Below, piece after piece: positions 61,663 to 64,000 of a stretch of 64,000 nt of DNA. Below the pieces are notes generated by a model. The model did not search any database and was not told where the DNA came from. It saw nothing but the letters and a program-made list of their open reading frames with translations. A program made the position numbers and the translations under genes. Each line of letters begins with the position of its first letter. Position 1 is the stretch's first letter. Origin of the DNA: Octopus vulgaris (lineage: Eukaryota); NCBI GenBank assembly GCA_951406725.2, contig OX597817.1, forward strand, positions 110,856,001-110,920,000, read 5' to 3'.

Positions 61663-62497
61663 GTAATCCAAGCTTCATCAACTAAGTGAATATAATAAGG
61701 ACAGGGTGCAGAAATATTAGAAAATCCAAAGGCAGAGGAGAAAATACACATAGAGATAATTAGATTCCAGTTTGTTCAACAAAGAGTATACAAGGGATAA
61801 TCTATAAAAATATAGAAGTTAACATACACATGCACATATACAGATGGCATTCATTAAAAATTAAGATTCAATAATGAAGCTTCCATGCTATCATTATTAA
61901 CTGTATCAATAAAAGTTATTGTGACATCAAGTACAACTAAAAAAATTAGGAGGGAGATAGAGAGAAGAGAGAGATCTAGTGAAGAGAAAAGCGACAATAA
62001 AGTCTGTCAACTTTACAAAATTTCTCACTCCATTCTTTCATCCTATTTATCTCTCTATGAACTTAAAGCCCTTTTCATCTGATATGAAGCTAAATATTGT
62101 GATGCTAAATCCATATTTTAACTACATATATATTTTAGAGACAGATTTTAAATGTACCATTATGAAAGAATAAACGTATTGGTGTTGATTTAATTGACTA
62201 ACCCACTTCCCCTAATTTCAGATGTCGACCTTTGTAAGAAGCAATTATTTAAGGTCAGTAGATTGGTAGATTCATCAGAACATCACAAAAAATAACTTGT
62301 GATATTTGTTCTGGTTTTTTACATTTTGAGTTTAAATCCCACTGAGTTTAAATCCCACTGAGTTTAAATCCCCTTACCATTCATCTCTCTGGGATCAATA
62401 AAATAAAGCACCAGTGACGTACTGGAGTTAATATTATTAACTAACCTCTCCAACTAAATTTCAGACCATGCATCAATATTACTATTTTTATTACTAT

Positions 62498-62707
62498 GGC
62501 GACGAGTTGGCAGAATTGTTAGCACATCAGGCAAAATGCTTTGTGGTTTTCTTTCATCTTTATATTCTGAGTTCAAATGCTGCCATGGTCAACTTTGCCT
62601 TTCATCCTTTTGGGGTTAGTAAAATAAGTACCAGAGAAGCACTAGGATCACTGTAGTTGACTAGTCCCTTCCCCTAAAATTTCAGCCTTGTGCCTTTAGT
62701 AGAAAGG
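62498..62707 (+). mobile_element. tRNA-derived SINE, preceded by more degenerate copies at ~62180-62470
   Basis: ggcgacgagttggcagaattgttagc...ttctgagttcaaat...gccttgtgcctttagtagaaagg. Confidence 0.85.
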
Positions 62708-62724
62708 CTCCTCCTCCTCCTCCT

Positions 62725-63690
62725 CTGCGCACTCGGACTTGTTTGGTCTGATTGATTTTGTGAGAATGGACAGCAGCCTGTTGTTGTCAGAGGTCCTACA
62801 GAGTCTCTTTCTGCACATCACAAGCTTTGATAATTGGTTGCTAATTATTGTGGGAGACATTCAACACCCAAGAACCAATCTCAAAATCCTAGCTGCCCCC
62901 AGTAGAGCAGTTTTTTGCGCTTGCTCTGCTCTCATGTCAATTCTGATTTTTCTGACATATTTCTTGAAGTTGGTTGTTAGTGCTCTGAGTGCCCCTACAA
63001 CAACTGGGATGACAAACACTCTTCTCATAGTTCACATTCTTGCAATTTCATCTTTTAGTAGTCTGTACTTTGCCATTTTTTTCTAGTTCTTTGTCACTTA
63101 TGTGTGCATTCCCAGATATTGCAATATCTATAATTTTGGTTTCCTTTTTTCCTTTATCTACCACAACAATGTCTGGTCTCTGAGCATCAATTAGGGAGTC
63201 TTATTGGATTGTAAAATCCCACAGTATCTTATATTCATTGTTCTCGATGACATCTTCTGGTTCATGTTTGTACCATTTCCAAGCTCTGTCCAGGCCGTAC
63301 TTTTTACATAGTCTCCAGTGAACAAACTCAGCCACGTTATCGTGCCTCTTTTTGTAATGCTTTTGGGTCAGCTTGCTACATTAACTCACAGTATATGAAA
63401 TTGTTTTGTTTTTGCTACCACACAACGTACAAAGGGATGATTCACTGCTCTTATCTATTTGGAACTTGATATAATTAGTTCTCAGAGCTTGTTCCTGGAC
63501 ACTGCATATCAATGCCTCAGAGCATCCTTTCAGATTACTTTTTCTTAGCCAAGTGTTGGCCTTGTCTTTTCCTGCGATTTCTCTGAGGTATTGCCCATGC
63601 AGTGATTTCATTTTCTTCATCTTGTTTCTTAAGTGGGTGCATTACATTTTCAGTAGGTATTATATTGTTAATTCTATCAGTGGCAAGCAA
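62725..63690 (-). mobile_element. 5'-truncated R4/Dong-like non-LTR retrotransposon (restriction-like endonuclease domain and 3' UTR)
   Basis: LHGQYLRE..EALICSVQEQALRTNY..CTLCG (degenerate CCHC knuckle)..KRHDNVA..VHW..ILWDFTIQ..RPDIVVVD..IIDIA..IPVVVGAL..QKTALLGAARILRLVL; stop at 62861-62863; internal stops. Confidence 0.9.
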
Positions 63691-63725
63691 GGATTCACTC
63701 AGCTGCTTTTATTACTATTATTTAA

Positions 63726-63940
63726 GGTGGCAAGCTGGCAGAATCATTAGTACGTTAGACAAAATGCTTAACGGCATTTCCTGTCTTTGTGTTTTTAGCT
63801 CAAATTCTGCCAAAGTTATCTTTACCTTTCATCCTTTTAGGGTCAATAAAATAAGTACTAGTCAAGTGCTGGGAGCAATATAACAAATTTGCTCCATTCT
63901 CTCAAACTTGTTGGCCTTGTGCCAAAATTAGAAATGTTAT
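63726..63940 (+). mobile_element. tRNA-derived SINE
   Basis: aggtggcaagctggcagaatcattag...aaaatgctta...cctttcatccttttagggtcaataaaataagtac. Confidence 0.85.
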
Positions 63941-64000
63941 TAAGTGTAGCCTGTTATTAATGATTTCTAACATAAAGCCTGATGGAAAGGTATAGTTGAC

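Overview
Very AT-rich eukaryotic (animal) DNA with no recognisable intact protein-coding gene. The repeat landscape is most consistent with an octopod cephalopod (inference, not database-verified). It includes several tRNA-derived SINE families, RTE-clade LINE 3' ends with (CAT)n tails and 66-bp UTR repeats, Tx1/L1-like and R4/Dong-like LINE fragments, TTAA-flanked piggyBac elements and MITEs, a Helitron remnant and abundant TA/CA microsatellites. The window is probably intronic or intergenic. Most listed ORFs are artefacts of microsatellites or AT-rich DNA; the recognisable ones are decayed transposon ORFs. The most notable feature is a ~2.9-kb non-coding element (36447-39327) inserted in (TA)n DNA. 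Its two 235-bp arms are near-identical inverted repeats, each carrying a type I hammerhead ribozyme motif (Penelope-like pLTR/retrozyme architecture). Also notable are a recursive-splice-like AG|GTAAGT site (664/665), several candidate non-coding or micro exons on +, an internally deleted piggyBac that kept its Cys-rich domain, and several template-switch scars.
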